Below are positions 54,906 to 64,000 of a stretch of DNA of 64,000 nt, one piece after another. Position 1 is the stretch's first letter, and each line of letters starts with the position of its first letter. The position numbers were made by a program, and so were the translations under genes. The DNA comes from Vicinamibacterales bacterium (GTDB taxonomy: Bacteria > Acidobacteriota > Vicinamibacteria > Vicinamibacterales > UBA8438). The stretch lies in the NCBI GenBank assembly GCA_965247955.1, contig OZ252042.1:608802-672801 (forward strand). Reading direction: 5' to 3'. The notes beneath the pieces were generated by a model. The model saw only the letters and a program-made list of their open reading frames with translations, had not been told where the DNA came from and did not search any database.

Positions 54906-57686
54906 TCAGACGTTTGACTTTAGAGCAGCATGCGCTGCCGCCAGTCGCGCCGTTGGTACACTGTAGGGCGACGCGCTAACGTAATCGAGTGGAACCGTGG
55001 CAAAAAATTCGATCGACGCCGGATCGCCTGAATGTTCCCCACAGGTCCCGAGTTTGAGATCAGGCCTAGTGCTACGGCCCTTCTCGGCCGCCATCCGAAT
55101 TAACGCGCCGACACCATCGACATCGATCGACGCAAAGGGATCCTTGTCAAGAATCCGTTGGTCTCGGTAGACACGCAGGAACTTACCCGCATCGTCCCGA
55201 GAGAACCCAAACGTCATCTGTGTTAGATCGTTGGTCCCGAACGAGAAAAACTCAGCCTCCGCGGCAATTTCATCGGCGGTAATCGCACCGCGCGGCACCT
55301 CGAGCATCGTCCCAACAAGATACTTGACCTTTACACCCTGGGCCAGCATCGTTTCGGTGGCGACCCGGTTGACGACGTCCTTCTGAACCCGGAGCTCCTT
55401 CACGTGCCCGACCAGTGGAATCATGATCTCTGGCACGATTCGCTTCCCCTCCTTCACCATCAGGCAAGCTGCCTCGATAATAGCTTTTGTCTGCATCTCG
55501 GTGATCTCCGGATAGCTGATGCCAAGCCGTACGCCGCGATGTCCCATCATCGGATTGAACTCATGAAGGTGATCCACTCGATTCAATAATTCTTTTTTTT
55601 CCGCAATCGTGCCCGCATCACCGTTTGACGCCTGGAGCCAGGCGAGCTCCACCATTAGCTTTTCACGCTTGGGTAAGAACTCGTGGAGAGGTGGATCGAT
55701 CAGCCTAATTGTGACCGGCAGGCCGTGCATCGCCTGAAAGAGCTCGTAGAAGTCCTGGCGCTGGTACGGGAGTAATTCCGCGAGGGCACGGCGTCGATCA
55801 GACTCGCTTTCTGCAAGGATTACACGCCGCATGATCGGCAGACGGTTATCACCGAAGAACATGTGTTCCGTACGACAGAGTCCGATCCCGCGAGCACCGA
55901 AGGCATATGCTACCGCGGCCTGATCCGGAAGGTCTGCATTTGCCCGAATACCGAGCCGTCGGAACTTGTCGGCCCATCCCAGGAGCTTCGAGAAGCGTTT
56001 GTAGATGTCTGAACGCTTCGGGTCGAGTTTACCGTCGAGCACCTGCAGGATCTCGCTTGCTTTAGTCTCTACCTGGCCAAGCTTTACCTCGCCACTTAAT
56101 CCGTCGAACGACACGAAGTCTCCCTCGCGCACCAACTGTCCGCCGACACGAATGGTGCGAGCCGCCTCGTCGATCTCAAGCTCTCCAGCGCCGACGACGA
56201 CTGGCTTCCCCATCTGTCGCCCAACTACAGCAGCATGAGAAGTTCTACCACCGGTCGCGGTCAAGACTCCCTTGGCCACGTGCATGCCGTGGATGTCATC
56301 CGGCACCGTCTCCTTCCGCGCCAACACGACCGGCTTGCCGGCATCGGTCCATGTCACGGCATCATCAGCCGTGAAAACTACTTGGCCCGACGCGGCACCT
56401 GGCGACGCTGGCAAGCCGCGTGTCACGACCGACAGGGATTCCCATGCCTGCGGATCGAAAATTGGGGCTAGTAACTGATACAACGCGGCCGGATTGACGA
56501 GCAGTACCGCTTCCGCTCGCTTGATAAGCCGCTCGGCCACAAGGTCGGTTGCAATTACTACCGCCGCGTAACCGGTCCGCTTACCACTTCGCGTCTGTAA
56601 CATGTAGAGCTCGTCATCCTGAATGGTGAACTCGAAATCCTGCATGTCCTTGTAGTGTCGTTCCAAACGGTTCGTAATCCGTCGCAGCTGCTTGTAGGCG
56701 TGAGGCATGATCCTTTCCAGCTCACGAATCGGCTGGGGAGTTCGGATACCGGCGACGACATCTTCACCCTGTGCGTTGACGAGGAATTCCCCATAGAACT
56801 CCTTGACGCCGGTGGCCGGATTTCGAGTGAAACCGACACCCGTGGCCGACCGGTCGCCGCTGTTGCCAAAGACCATGGTCTGAACGTTCACAGCGGTGCC
56901 GATCGCGTCTGAAATATCGTAAATCCTCCGGTACTCAATAGCTCTGGGAGTATTCCATGAACGAAAGACCGCGTTGCACGCCATCCTTAACTGGGTTAAC
57001 GGATCTTGCGGAAATACCCGGCCACTCTTATCCCGCACGACATCTTTATAGCGAACAACGACTTCTCGGAGCATTGTCTCGTTGAGATCCGTATCAAGCC
57101 TGACGCCGTAGGCAACCTTGACATGGTCGAGCTCGCGCTCAAAGTCGTCTTTCGGAATCTCAAGGACTACATTGCCAAACATCTGGATGAAGCGCCGGTA
57201 GCTGTCGAACGCAAATCGGCCGTTAGTCGTACGCGCCTTGAGACCTTCGACCGTTTTGTCGTTCAGCCCAAGATTGAGGATGGTATCCATCATGCCTGGC
57301 ATCGAAAACTTCGAACCAGACCGGACAGACACTAGCAGTGGCTTTTCGGAAGAACCGAGCACAGAGCCCACTTGCTGTTCGAGTCGCTGGAGATGTGTTT
57401 CCATCTCCCGGTCGACAGCTTTAGACACCTTACGACCACCGGCGTAAAACAGCGCACAAACGTCTGTCGTAATCGTGAATCCTGGCGGCACCGGCAATCC
57501 GGCGTTGGTCATCTCAGCGAGACCCGCGCCCTTGCCCCCCAGGAGGTCGCGCATCGTTCGGTCGCCTTCCGCCTTCCCACCACCGAAGAAATAGATGTGC
57601 TTCTTTCTGGATCTCAGCTTCTTGGGACGAGTCCTGGTAGTGGAAGCCTTCCGCTTATTTACCTTTTTTCTCACCATCGTCTCCAA
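54906..57686 (-). CDS. ppdK: pyruvate, phosphate dikinase with a ~29-aa basic N-terminal extension
   Basis: It is a full-length PPDK with LLGGKGAGLAEM, the phosphohistidine region GGRTSHAAVV and the C-terminal PEP-utilising domain (CGEH). Confidence 0.95.
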   Translation of the reverse strand: METMVRKKVNKRKASTTRTRPKKLRSRKKHIYFFGGGKAEGDRTMRDLLGGKGAGLAEMTNAGLPVPPGFTITTDVCALFYAGGRKVSKAVDREMETHLQRLEQQVGSVLGSSEKPLLVSVRSGSKFSMPGMMDTILNLGLNDKTVEGLKARTTNGRFAFDSYRRFIQMFGNVVLEIPKDDFERELDHVKVAYGVRLDTDLNETMLREVVVRYKDVVRDKSGRVFPQDPLTQLRMACNAVFRSWNTPRAIEYRRIYDISDAIGTAVNVQTMVFGNSGDRSATGVGFTRNPATGVKEFYGEFLVNAQGEDVVAGIRTPQPIRELERIMPHAYKQLRRITNRLERHYKDMQDFEFTIQDDELYMLQTRSGKRTGYAAVVIATDLVAERLIKRAEAVLLVNPAALYQLLAPIFDPQAWESLSVVTRGLPASPGAASGQVVFTADDAVTWTDAGKPVVLARKETVPDDIHGMHVAKGVLTATGGRTSHAAVVGRQMGKPVVVGAGELEIDEAARTIRVGGQLVREGDFVSFDGLSGEVKLGQVETKASEILQVLDGKLDPKRSDIYKRFSKLLGWADKFRRLGIRANADLPDQAAVAYAFGARGIGLCRTEHMFFGDNRLPIMRRVILAESESDRRRALAELLPYQRQDFYELFQAMHGLPVTIRLIDPPLHEFLPKREKLMVELAWLQASNGDAGTIAEKKELLNRVDHLHEFNPMMGHRGVRLGISYPEITEMQTKAIIEAACLMVKEGKRIVPEIMIPLVGHVKELRVQKDVVNRVATETMLAQGVKVKYLVGTMLEVPRGAITADEIAAEAEFFSFGTNDLTQMTFGFSRDDAGKFLRVYRDQRILDKDPFASIDVDGVGALIRMAAEKGRSTRPDLKLGTCGEHSGDPASIEFFATVPLDYVSASPYSVPTARLAAAHAALKSNV

Positions 57687-57698
57687 AACTCCTAACCG

Positions 57699-59948
57699 CT
57701 AACCCTTAGTCTCCCGCACGACCTCCGACACATCGGCAAGCTGAAGAATCAGGCTCTCTAGTCGCCTCATCAGACGGAGACGAGCTTCTCGCACCAGTGG
57801 ATTATCCACCATTACAAATACGTCGCTGAAGAATCGATCAACCGCCGGTCCAAACTTAGCAGCTTCAGTAAACGCCAAGCGATAGTCATCCCCGCTTGCA
57901 ATAGAAGCTTCGATTATCGGCTTGCGTTCTTGAAGTTCCTGCAAGAGTGCCAGCTCTGCAGGTTCTGTTAAGAATTGATCAGATGGCGTCCCTGTTGCTT
58001 CAGCCAAATGAAATTCTGCCTCGTCAGATTCCTTAGCAATGTTTCTGACGCGCTTAAACAGTACCGCTAGTTTCCTGAAATCAGACGACTCCGTGAACTC
58101 TGGAAGCACTTCGAGCTTCCGTCTGGTATCCAGCGGCCGAAGGTTCTCCCAACCCATGCGATGGGTTACCGCACGAATATTTCTTAGGTCAAACCCACGC
58201 TCTTTCAGTAGAAAATGCAACCTGTCAACCAGGAAGCTCGTTAGTCCCTTCGCTTGAGCGAATCTTTTTTCGCCCGAGGCAAAACTGCGATTGAATGTTT
58301 CCTCTGAAACGGTTACGAGCGTTTCCAGCTCAGGACGACACGTCAGTCCTGTTAGTTCCGGCAGATCGACCAGCACTCGAAGAAGGCCATGAGCCTGGCG
58401 TCGCATACCGAAAGGATCACGGGAGCCGGTCGGCTTCTCTCCCGCGTGGAAAAGTCCCACCAGCGTGTCAAGTTTGTCGGCGAGTACGACCGAAGCCCAT
58501 GTCACCACGGCGGCGCCAAGCTGTTGCCTGGACGGTGGAGCGTCTGCCTCGACGCCAACCGGGAGATAGTGGTAATAAATCGCCTTCCATACCTCCTCCG
58601 GCTCTCCCTGCTCGCGGGCGCATATGCCGCCCATCAACCCTTGCAGCTCGGGAAACTCACCCACCATTCCCGTAGCCAGGTCTGCCTTACACAGCGTCCC
58701 AGCGAGACGCGCGTGTGACGCCGCACTTGACGCCCCAAAAATCTCACGGGCGATGCGCTCGGCAACTTCGGCGACGCGCTCAGCCTTGGCGCGATAGCTC
58801 CCAAGCTGCTTGTGGAAAAGCAACGTTTCAAGACGATCCAGTAGTTCCGTAAGCCGAACGTCACGATCAGCGTCCCAGAAGAATTGTGCGTCTCGCAGCC
58901 GAGCGATCAGTACTCGCTCAGCATTACGCGCGATCCGCGTGACATTATCCCGAGGCGTATTGGTCACCGCCAAGAAGTTTGCCTTCAATTGTCCCTGCCG
59001 ATTCACAATTGGAAAATAGTGTTGATGGTGAATCATCGTCGTCGTCAACACCTCGTCTGGCAAGGCAAGGAACTCCGACGGAAACGACCCGGTCACAACA
59101 GAAGGATATTCGACGAGGTCCGGCACTTCGTCCAAAAGCGTCGACTGCTGGCTGACCGGCGCGACCCTTCCGGCGACCTTTGCTGCACAAGTTTTAAGTT
59201 TCGCCGTTAGCTGCCCCCGACGCATCTCTCGATCGATAAGAACAAAGTTGTTCGCCAGCGCGTCCTGATAGCCCTTGAAGTGGCGGACACGGATTGGCCG
59301 GCCTGGCTTTCCCTTCTTAGCAAAGAACCGGTGCCCGTACGTGACCGCGCCAGACTTTACCGGGCGAACCGTTGGCGCTCGAGCAGACTCGGTTCGGAGC
59401 ACGGTGAACGGCACGACCTGACCGCCATACAGGAATAAAATCCAACGAATCGGCCGACCGAACACTAACTCACCCCGCCCATCGTCGAGCCACGCGTCCC
59501 AGTGCATTTGCTTCGGAAATACCAGATCTCGCAGCGTTGCTGCTAGTACACCAGGTAGGATTTTTCGGGTCGTCGCTCCACGCTGTTGTCGATGGTAGGC
59601 AAGGTACTCACCTTTCGCTGTCTCGACCCGTACCAACTGTTCGACTCTTACACCTTGCTTGCGCGCAAATCCCTGCGCGGCTGGCGTCAGCTGCCCTTCG
59701 GAGTCAAACCCCCTGCTCACCGTCGGACCAGTCACCACTTCTTTAAGATCGGCCTGCCGCCCGGCAACCTCCGGCAGGTGAGCGCCGATTCGGCGCGGAG
59801 TGCTGAACGTCTCCAGGGGTCCCTCGTATGCGAGGCGTGCGTCATCAAGATGGGCAACCAGGCGGTCTCCAAATTGCCGCGTCAGCGACGGTAGCCAGCT
59901 CGCTGGAATCTCCTCACAGCCAATCTCGAGGAGCAGAGCCTTAGCCAT
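57699..59948 (-). CDS. glyS: glycine--tRNA ligase beta subunit
   Basis: [10 protein letters not shown], a full-length match and an 8-nt overlap with glyQ. Confidence 0.95.
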   Translation of the reverse strand: MAKALLLEIGCEEIPASWLPSLTRQFGDRLVAHLDDARLAYEGPLETFSTPRRIGAHLPEVAGRQADLKEVVTGPTVSRGFDSEGQLTPAAQGFARKQGVRVEQLVRVETAKGEYLAYHRQQRGATTRKILPGVLAATLRDLVFPKQMHWDAWLDDGRGELVFGRPIRWILFLYGGQVVPFTVLRTESARAPTVRPVKSGAVTYGHRFFAKKGKPGRPIRVRHFKGYQDALANNFVLIDREMRRGQLTAKLKTCAAKVAGRVAPVSQQSTLLDEVPDLVEYPSVVTGSFPSEFLALPDEVLTTTMIHHQHYFPIVNRQGQLKANFLAVTNTPRDNVTRIARNAERVLIARLRDAQFFWDADRDVRLTELLDRLETLLFHKQLGSYRAKAERVAEVAERIAREIFGASSAASHARLAGTLCKADLATGMVGEFPELQGLMGGICAREQGEPEEVWKAIYYHYLPVGVEADAPPSRQQLGAAVVTWASVVLADKLDTLVGLFHAGEKPTGSRDPFGMRRQAHGLLRVLVDLPELTGLTCRPELETLVTVSEETFNRSFASGEKRFAQAKGLTSFLVDRLHFLLKERGFDLRNIRAVTHRMGWENLRPLDTRRKLEVLPEFTESSDFRKLAVLFKRVRNIAKESDEAEFHLAEATGTPSDQFLTEPAELALLQELQERKPIIEASIASGDDYRLAFTEAAKFGPAVDRFFSDVFVMVDNPLVREARLRLMRRLESLILQLADVSEVVRETKG

Positions 59949-60813
59949 CAGAGAACTCCTCGTGAGCTACGTGAGCCTTGGCAACTGCTACCGCGAGACG
60001 TCGAACACTAAGGATGTAGGCCGTCCGCTCCGTTACGCCAAGACTTCCACTGGCGTCGAGGACGTTGAACACATGTGAACATTTGAGACAATAGTCAAGA
60101 GCCGGCAGCACTAGATCCGACTCTAACAACTGCTCGCCGAACCGATAAAACCGGTCGAACAGCTCACGATGCACAGCAGCGAATTCCCCCTTTGGCATCT
60201 CGACTTGTCCAAACACGTATTTGGACTGCTCGATCTCTTCGCGGTGTCGCACTTCGCCATAGGTCACCCCTGCCGCCCACTCTAAGTCGTAAACGTTTTC
60301 CGCACCCTGCAGATGCATCGCGATCCGCTCCAGACCGTAGGTCAACTCGACCGGAATGGGTGCGAGAGCGATCCCACCGGCCTGTTGGAAGTAAGTGAAC
60401 TGGGTAATCTCTAACCCATCCAGCAAGACCTGCCACCCGATCCCCCAGGCACCAAGCGTGGGCGACTCCCAATTGTCCTCCTCGAACCTTACGTCGTGTC
60501 GTGCGAGGTCAATGCCACACCATTCGAGGCTGTCGAGATACAGTCGCTGTACGTCGTCTGGCGACGGCTTGAGTATGACCTGAAGCTGATGGTGCTTGAA
60601 CAAACGGTTCGGGTTCTCTCCGAAGCGTCCGTCGGCTGGCCGACGGGAGGGTTGCACGTAAGCAACGTTCCAGTGCCTCGGACCGAGAACCCTGAGAAAG
60701 GTCTCTGGGTGCATCGTCCCGGCTCCCACTTCGACATCAAACGGCTGCTGCAGTAGACACCCGCGCGAGACCCAGAATTTCGAAAGTGACAGGATAAGCT
60801 CTTGGAAGTTCAT
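59941..60813 (-). CDS. glyQ: glycine--tRNA ligase alpha subunit
   Basis: [11 protein letters not shown]...GC...QP.D.EVGAGT and a full-length match. Confidence 0.97.
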   Translation of the reverse strand: MNFQELILSLSKFWVSRGCLLQQPFDVEVGAGTMHPETFLRVLGPRHWNVAYVQPSRRPADGRFGENPNRLFKHHQLQVILKPSPDDVQRLYLDSLEWCGIDLARHDVRFEEDNWESPTLGAWGIGWQVLLDGLEITQFTYFQQAGGIALAPIPVELTYGLERIAMHLQGAENVYDLEWAAGVTYGEVRHREEIEQSKYVFGQVEMPKGEFAAVHRELFDRFYRFGEQLLESDLVLPALDYCLKCSHVFNVLDASGSLGVTERTAYILSVRRLAVAVAKAHVAHEEFSDG

Positions 60814-61586
60814 GAATCGCCGATGGTCGAGGTCTGGTAGACGGCGCTCACCTCTCTCACAACACGAGCAGACTTCAGTTCCTTCTCTAGATGCATCTTG
60901 AGCAAATCGCGATGAACCGCCTCAAGCTCGCGTGCCGCTCGTAGTGTAAATCTCACTTCACTCAAGCGTTCCGCCGGAACCGTTGTAGCTTCAGCAAGAA
61001 ACCTGAGTGCTTCAGACGACAAAACGGCGCCTTCGTTGCCCAGCCTGCAATCCCGACAGACGAATACCCCTTGACTCAGGGTGAGTACCGCCCCACGATT
61101 CTCCAGGTCCGCACCGCAGTGATGACATGCGACAATCGACGGATAGACGCCCTGTAGGCGCAGTAACCAATACTCGAAATATCGCGCCAGCCGTTCGACC
61201 GGCACGCTGGTCGCCAGCACTGCACTTACCGATACACCCAGCCGAAACAGTCGCTGGTTCGGATCCCCCTCTGGAGCCCACTCGTCGATCAACTCTGCAA
61301 AGTAACTGGCGTGACTTAGCGCGTCAGCGTCTTGGCTAGCCAGTGGCGAGCAAATAGGCTCTGCGTAGCTCAGTCTTACCAGATCGTGGTGTTCCCGCTC
61401 GAAGTACTCGAGCTGTACCCGTGTTAATGGCTCCAACCCGCCGGCAAATCGTGACCGTGTCCTGCGGGCACCTTTTGCAACACCCCGACGCTTGCCACGA
61501 GCACTGGTTAAAAAGACGACAATCCGATCTGCTTCCCCAAGCTTGTAAGTGCGCAGAATCAGCGCGTCTGAGGTATAGAGCGGCAT
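60810..61586 (-). CDS. recO: DNA repair protein RecO
   Basis: It has an OB-fold N-terminus ([16 protein letters not shown]) and a Cys4 zinc motif (CHHCG...CRDC). It shares an ATGA overlap with glyQ. Confidence 0.9.
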   Translation of the reverse strand: MPLYTSDALILRTYKLGEADRIVVFLTSARGKRRGVAKGARRTRSRFAGGLEPLTRVQLEYFEREHHDLVRLSYAEPICSPLASQDADALSHASYFAELIDEWAPEGDPNQRLFRLGVSVSAVLATSVPVERLARYFEYWLLRLQGVYPSIVACHHCGADLENRGAVLTLSQGVFVCRDCRLGNEGAVLSSEALRFLAEATTVPAERLSEVRFTLRAARELEAVHRDLLKMHLEKELKSARVVREVSAVYQTSTIGDS

Positions 61587-61650
61587 TTTCAGAGATGAAC
61601 CCGGCCCATATTGTAGTTCAAGGGCCTCACCGACCGGCTCCAGATGTCAG

Positions 61651-63024
61651 CTATGTAACCGGCGATAAATATTGAAGAAAGAGGGTTGCGAGACCCAGAA
61701 ACGCGAAGAAGCCGAACATGTCGGTGAGCGTGGTAATAAATACCGACGATGCCAGTGCCGGATCGACCCTAAGGGCTCTGAGGGCAATGGGAATCAGCGT
61801 GGCAGCGACAGATGCTACTAGCAAATTGATCACCATAGCCAGCCCCAGAATGCCGCCGAAATACGGGTTGCCCACCACCCACCAGGCCAAACCGGCACCA
61901 ACGACACCGAGCGCCACACCGTTGCCAAAGCCAACCAGTGCCTCCTTACCGAGTGCCTTACGCGAGTTGCTCCATGTGAGCTCCCCAATAGCGATCCCAC
62001 GCACGATCACAGTTAGCGTCTGGGTTGCTGCGTTGCCCCCCATACTGGCCACGACAGTCATGAATGCCGCAAGCGCGACAACCTGATTAATTGTCGCTTG
62101 AAACTCCCGAACTACCAGAGCTGCAAGCGTCGCGGTTACCAGGTTCACAGCGAGCCACGGTAGCCGTTTTCGCCAGGCTTCCATGGGTGAAGTAAACACG
62201 TGTTCGTCGCCAGCAACACCAGCCAACCGATAGAGGTCTTCGGTCGCCTCATCTTTGATAACGTCGATCACGTCGTCGACCGTGATGATCCCCACCAGCT
62301 TGTTCTCATGATCGACCACCGGAATCGCCAGGACGTTGTAGTCCGCCACATGGCGTGCCACCTCTTCCTGGTCCATGTCGACCATGGCACTTATCAGTTC
62401 AGTCGTCATAATTTGCTTAAGCGGCGTCTCTTGGGGCACCAGCAACAACCGCCGAAGCGACACGACACCGACCAAGTGACGGCGCGTGTCAACGACATAG
62501 AGATAGAAAACCATCTCTACTTCCCGAGATCCCTGCAGCGCCTCGATTGCCTTACCAGCAGTTAGGTCTTCGGACAATGCGAAGACCTCAGGGTTCATGA
62601 TTCGGCCGGCTGTTTCGTCAGCGTACTCGAGTAAATTCTTGACCTCACTCGAGTCCTTACTCCGCATCAACTCGAGAACCTTGGCCGAAAGCTCTTCTGG
62701 GAGATGTCCGATCCATGCGGCCGCGTCGTCCGACGGAAGCTCATGAAAGAAGCGCGCCAATTCATCGACCTGGTACTCGATGAGCATCGAGGTACCAACC
62801 TCAAAGTCAAGCTCGCTCAACGCTTCCATGGCTAGCCGGGTGTTATGACCAAGCAGAGAGTTGAACGCCGAGAGACGTTCCTTGTTGGGAAGCTCGCTGA
62901 AAACCTCAGCGATATCAGTGGGGTGCTGTTTCTGGAGCAGATTCAGCAGGTTTGCGGTCGCACCAATCCGTTGTAGTCGCTTGACCGAATCGAACACCAC
63001 GTCGATTCTGCGGTGGGGCGGCAT
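61651..63024 (-). CDS. mgtE: magnesium transporter MgtE
   Basis: It has the MgtE N domain, tandem CBS domains and a five-TM C-terminal domain (GGNAATQTLTVIVRGIA, DMFGFFAFLGLA). Confidence 0.95.
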   Translation of the reverse strand: MPPHRRIDVVFDSVKRLQRIGATANLLNLLQKQHPTDIAEVFSELPNKERLSAFNSLLGHNTRLAMEALSELDFEVGTSMLIEYQVDELARFFHELPSDDAAAWIGHLPEELSAKVLELMRSKDSSEVKNLLEYADETAGRIMNPEVFALSEDLTAGKAIEALQGSREVEMVFYLYVVDTRRHLVGVVSLRRLLLVPQETPLKQIMTTELISAMVDMDQEEVARHVADYNVLAIPVVDHENKLVGIITVDDVIDVIKDEATEDLYRLAGVAGDEHVFTSPMEAWRKRLPWLAVNLVTATLAALVVREFQATINQVVALAAFMTVVASMGGNAATQTLTVIVRGIAIGELTWSNSRKALGKEALVGFGNGVALGVVGAGLAWWVVGNPYFGGILGLAMVINLLVASVAATLIPIALRALRVDPALASSVFITTLTDMFGFFAFLGLATLFLQYLSPVT

Positions 63025-63178
63025 ACTCTTGACCCGCGAGGCCGTTCGACCTCGTCTCTATACGATCGAAGGTTGATCGTTGTCCCACGTCTCCTAGTCC
63101 AGAACAATTCAGTTTATCACAGGGCCACATGCTATCGAGCCTGCCTATCAACCGGAACAAACCGGCAGCAGGCGCAAC

Positions 63179-64000
63179 CTACTTGCGCTGTCGCATAACA
63201 CCGAGCTCGTCAAGGATGCGCTCATTTTCACGCCAGCCGACTCTAACCCGCACGTGTAGATCCAGGTACACCTTCGCACCGAAGAACCTCTCCAGCTCCT
63301 GACGGGCCTCGGTGCCGATTTGCTTAATGAGGGAACCTCGCTGACCGATGACGATCGGCTTCTGTGACTCACGATCAACGATGATCGAACAGTAAAGCTT
63401 TATGATTTCCTTGGTGCCGGCCTCTGGTTCCTTGAACTGATCGACGACGACGGCCGTTGAGAATGGAAGCTCAGCATGTGTGTGCTGTAGCAACTTCTCA
63501 CGAACGGTCTCGGCGACCACGACACGTTCCGGTTGATCAGTTAGGTAGTCCTCTGGGTAGAGTGGCTCTCCGACAGGAAGGCGGACGAGAATCTCTGCCT
63601 CCAAGGCCTCGGTTCCGTCACCAGTCAGCGCTGAGATTGGCACGATAGCAGCAAAGTTCCGCGCTGAGCGATACCGGTCGATGATTGGAAGGAGCCGATT
63701 CTTGGCAATGAGATCAATCTTGTTTAAAGCAAGAACAACTGGGCACGACGCCTGTTCGAGCAATCCAAGCACATACCGATCCCCCGCACCCTCGTTAGCT
63801 GTCACGTCGACAACGATCACGACAACATCAACCTGCTCGATCGTCTCGATCGCCAGATCGACCATTCGCACGTTCATCCGATGCAGTGGCCGGTGGATAC
63901 CTGGTGTATCGAGGAAGACGATCTGCCCGCTAGTGATGCCGACAACGTTCTTGACACCTAGGATCCGATTCCGAGTTGTCTGTGGCTGCTTCGAAACGAT
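63179..64000 (-). CDS. era: GTPase Era (5' end outside the window)
   Basis: The frame stays open to nt 64000 (IVSKQPQTTRNRILGV...FLDTPGIHRP). The G4 motif is NKID and a C-terminal KH domain is present (VIGQRGSLIKQIGTEAR). Confidence 0.93.
   Translation of the reverse strand: MVSKQPQTTRNRILGVKNVVGITSGQIVFLDTPGIHRPLHRMNVRMVDLAIETIEQVDVVVIVVDVTANEGAGDRYVLGLLEQASCPVVLALNKIDLIAKNRLLPIIDRYRSARNFAAIVPISALTGDGTEALEAEILVRLPVGEPLYPEDYLTDQPERVVVAETVREKLLQHTHAELPFSTAVVVDQFKEPEAGTKEIIKLYCSIIVDRESQKPIVIGQRGSLIKQIGTEARQELERFFGAKVYLDLHVRVRVGWRENERILDELGVMRQRK

Noticed and set aside
54903-54908. The ppdK TGA followed in frame by mutL, considered as read-through, a selenocysteine site or a fusion.
   Set aside because: Both proteins are complete on their own at this boundary. 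The only nearby structure is a 5-bp hairpin starting immediately at the stop, which is not SECIS-like in spacing. The shared frame has a 1-in-3 chance expectation.
63025-63178. A known M-box (ykoK-type) Mg2+ riboswitch upstream of mgtE.
   Set aside because: I cannot find the conserved M-box sequence blocks by eye. Only generic hairpins are present. It is kept as a low-interest finding rather than a feature.
1-64000. Mobile elements, prophage or integrative islands next to the two tRNA genes, CRISPR arrays, and defence systems (restriction-modification, toxin-antitoxin, CBASS-like with the patatin gene).
   Set aside because: No integrase, transposase, recombinase, direct repeats of tRNA 3' ends or repeat-spacer arrays are visible. 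The patatin-like gene has no cyclase or sensor partner and lacks catalytic residues. The methyltransferase at 28549..29868 looks like a small-molecule or glycan type rather than a DNA methyltransferase.

Overview
This is a gene-dense, moderately GC-rich bacterial chromosomal segment with about 60 protein-coding genes and 2 tRNAs (Phe-GAA, Val-CAC). I saw no rRNA, CRISPR array, transposase, integrase or prophage signature. Most genes are housekeeping. They include aroA-aroK, recA, uvrB, greA, rarA, hisC, hpt, tatA, an M16 peptidase pair, and a long minus-strand run era-mgtE-recO-glyQ-glyS-ppdK-mutL. Two proteins resembling the VWFA-related Acidobacterial domain family suggest an Acidobacteria-like origin, but that is inference only.

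Four things are worth a second look:
1. A secreted peroxiredoxin (38969..39499, minus) is split in the ORF track by a single in-frame TGA. The TGA sits exactly on the peroxidatic Cys position and is followed by a SECIS-like hairpin, so this is a probable selenoprotein.
2. A maf-linked System I cytochrome c maturation operon (7047..14913, minus) has the order ccmE-ccmF-X-Y-ccmA-ccmB-ccmC-ccmD. Its CcmE carries CxxxY in place of the heme-binding HxxxY. Its CcmF is fused to a CcmH-like module. Two extra membrane proteins with related coiled-coil tails lie between ccmF and ccmA.
3. A patatin-like membrane protein has lost the catalytic Ser and the oxyanion-hole residues, and its conserved N-terminus has no canonical start codon.
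4. About 1 kb next to the peroxiredoxin has no convincing gene.

I found no obvious defence or mobile system. All calls come from reading the translations and sequence by eye. No database search or folding calculation was run, and start codons in particular are provisional.
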